DNA from: Tubulanus polymorphus
Taxonomy: Eukaryota; Animalia; Nemertea
Assembly (NCBI RefSeq): GCF_964204645.1
Contig: NC_134032.1
Location: forward strand, 10,466,275-10,530,274
Direction: 5' to 3'
Length of the DNA stretch: 64,000 bases
The notes beneath the pieces were generated by a model. It did not search any database, was not told the origin of the DNA, and was given only the letters and a program-made list of their open reading frames with translations. Positions 61,901 to 64,000 of this stretch are shown in pieces; the stretch's first letter is position 1; each line of letters opens with the position of its first letter. The translations under genes and the position numbers were made by a program.

Positions 61901-63987
61901 TGAAACTGGTAAAATTCTACCCCGATTTGATGTTAAATACAGAGTGAGAGTTTTGTGAAATACAGTAGACTCTGTCTTTTACTGCCATATAGTTGAAACT
62001 GGTAAAATTCTACCCCAAGTTGTCAGGTACTAGGTAAGAGTTTGTGAAATACAGTAGACTCTGTCTCTTACTGCGGTAAAGTTGAAACTGGTAAAATTCT
62101 ACCCCGATTTGGTGTCAAATACAGAGTGAAAGTTTGTGAAATACAGTAAAATCCGTCTCTTACTACGGTTAAGTAAAGACTCATAAAATTCTACCACGAG
62201 TTTGTGTCAAGTACTGAGTAAGAGTTTGTGAAATACAGTAGAATCTGTCTCTTACTGCGGTAAAGTTGAAACTGGTAAAATTCTACCCCGATTTGGTGTC
62301 AAATACAGAGTGAAAGTTTGTGAAATACAGTAGAATCTGTCTCTTACTGTGGAGACTAGAGTTGTCTCATCGGTATCGAGAAGGTACCGGAGACCAACCA
62401 GGCATTAAAGAGCGCAAATTCTCGCTCTGCTTAAATGCATTTGACAGCTGGTCTAATGGCTGTTTAGTTCGTATAGACGTAATAATCCAGACGCGCATTT
62501 CGTTTTTGCCTCGTTTAAAAAAACAGTAACACATGTTAAACGTCAAATAGAATGGAATAATGCGATTAATGTCCGGGCGCTTTCATTTGAATAATAGGTA
62601 CGACTTAGAGACCGAATTTCATATACAATGATACAATTTCACGAATAAAAGATACGAAAAAAAAGTATAGCGTTTTGTTGTCAACTTAAATGAAGGCGTA
62701 TCTATACCCTTTTGTATTGATAGAATTGGAAATTTTCCTATCGGGGTTCTGGTAAAAAATTTGTTTATGCAGGAATGAGTCAAAAATAATTCGATGCCTT
62801 CAAATTATTGTTACGGTAGTTACAAATACGGGGGGGGGGGAATCTTGGAAATGCGAGAGGCCGGGTTCCAGAAGATAAGAAAAGGCATATCTCAGATAAA
62901 ACAGCCCGATCGTATTAGATACCTCGGTATTAGATATTTTGAAGGAATCAACTCGAAAATGATGCAATTTCTCTGAGAGGATGTGTGTCAAATTTGTGGG
63001 CTTTCACGACCTCCGTCTTAGCAAAAAAGGACAACCTCAATGGGAGGGCCCCTCGAGACCACTCCCGCTAAATCCACCCCTGAACTACCATACGTTTTGT
63101 CCGCTATAAAATACCATTATTGCGTGATTTAAGGAGAATTTCCCCTAATTTGTCCAGTAAAATGACGATTATTATGTTACAAATGTCGATCTTCTCATTC
63201 TCGATTTAACTTCAATGATTGAGTAAAATACGATTATAAACAGTTGCATGAAACTGCGTCCAAGTCTTAAGCCGGGCGCACACCTTTGCGATCATCGCGT
63301 CATCGTATCATCGCATGCGATGACATGAGGAAAATCGCATCATCACCTTTGCGATTTTTATGAGGGCCTCGAGTTGGATTCAATCACGTGACTGAGCCGC
63401 CATTTTGAACATCACGTGATTGCTTCATCCTCAATTCTGATTGGCTACTAAAAATTTTCCTTCGGAAAACCGACAGCGTAGCCCGCACAGCTTTACGATT
63501 TTCATCTCACGGAAAATCGCATGCGAAAATATCAAACAAGTTTTATTTGTTGCGATGAAGCGATGAAATCGGCCCCGGATGCCACCGCATCATACCTTTT
63601 TGATGATGCGATAAAACCATGCGATGAAGCGATTATATACGATCAATCGCAAAGGTGTGCGCCGGGCTTTACGAAATTCAGGCTATAAAACTAGCCTCAG
63701 AAGACCTCCAAATTTGCGCGCGTATTTGTTACTGCGAACATATCCCACCTAACAACTCTACTAACAGCTTTATATAGGCACATTCGCGAGAATGTTACTG
63801 ATAATGAATAATTGAAAAAAAGATATTCTTTGTCGTTTTAGGTGAACTTCTTGACGTGTCAATTCTTGGCGTTGTTGCTCAGTTACCCATTGCGTTCGGT
63901 TTTGAGTCCGTTGAAAACGTCGTCTAACGCACGCCTAGCGTATGAACTGTTCGTGGGGTTGTTTTTATGCACATTCTGTTTCGGATA
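58975..63987 (+). CDS. MBOAT1/2: Second MBOAT1/2-like paralog, 5' part (first exon 58975-59070 or alternative 61317-61409; exon 2 63842-63987); continues beyond the window
   Basis: GILSPVADHIGLPVDK|VNFLTCQFLA...FCFG; exon 2 is 146 nt, the same as in the minus-strand paralog. Confidence 0.85.
61580..62350. repeat. Intronic ~91-bp tandem repeat (about 8 units)
   Basis: Unit tttgtgaaatacagtagactctgtctcttactg...aagttgaaactggtaaaattctacc. Confidence 0.9.
63270..63668. mobile_element. PIF/Harbinger-type MITE
   Basis: TIR AGCCGGGCGCACACCTTTGCGAT (one mismatch); TTA TSD. Confidence 0.85.
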
Positions 63988-64000
63988 GTAAGTTCACACA

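Noticed and set aside
61580-62350. Regularly spaced repeats resembling CRISPR
   Set aside because: The whole ~91-bp unit is repeated; there are no variable spacers

Overview
AT-rich, intron-containing animal (invertebrate, probably spiralian; not determinable further) genomic DNA, not a prokaryote. In order: (1) 1-12.9 kb, a tandem plus inverted array of six intronless FMRFamide-receptor-like/Srw-like class A GPCR ORFs. It is interleaved with four copies of an exon for a small 8-Cys peptide; one copy has a signal-peptide exon and forms a complete 91-aa prepropeptide gene missed by the ORF track. (2) 13.2-22.5 kb, two tandem 11-exon genes for a secreted PAN/apple-3xEGF-2xC-type-lectin protein. 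(3) 26.9-40.5 kb, two tandem 8-coding-exon genes (706 aa each) fusing a CitE/malyl-CoA-lyase-family domain to a mesaconyl-CoA-hydratase-like double hot-dog domain, behind a mitochondrial-type presequence. Between them is a 3-coding-exon gene (216 aa) for a secreted prepro-protein whose cationic, Cys-free mature domain shows the motif pattern of bacterial polymorphic-toxin RNases (Ntox50-like). (4) VCPKMT/METTL21D. (5) Two head-to-head MBOAT1/2-like acyltransferases, the second with two alternative first exons. Also many MITEs, LINE fragments, a SINE, minisatellites and a Penelope-type hairpin with a hammerhead-ribozyme core. All gene models were assembled by eye from GT-AG sites and frame continuity. 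Family calls rest on recalled motifs, not database searches.
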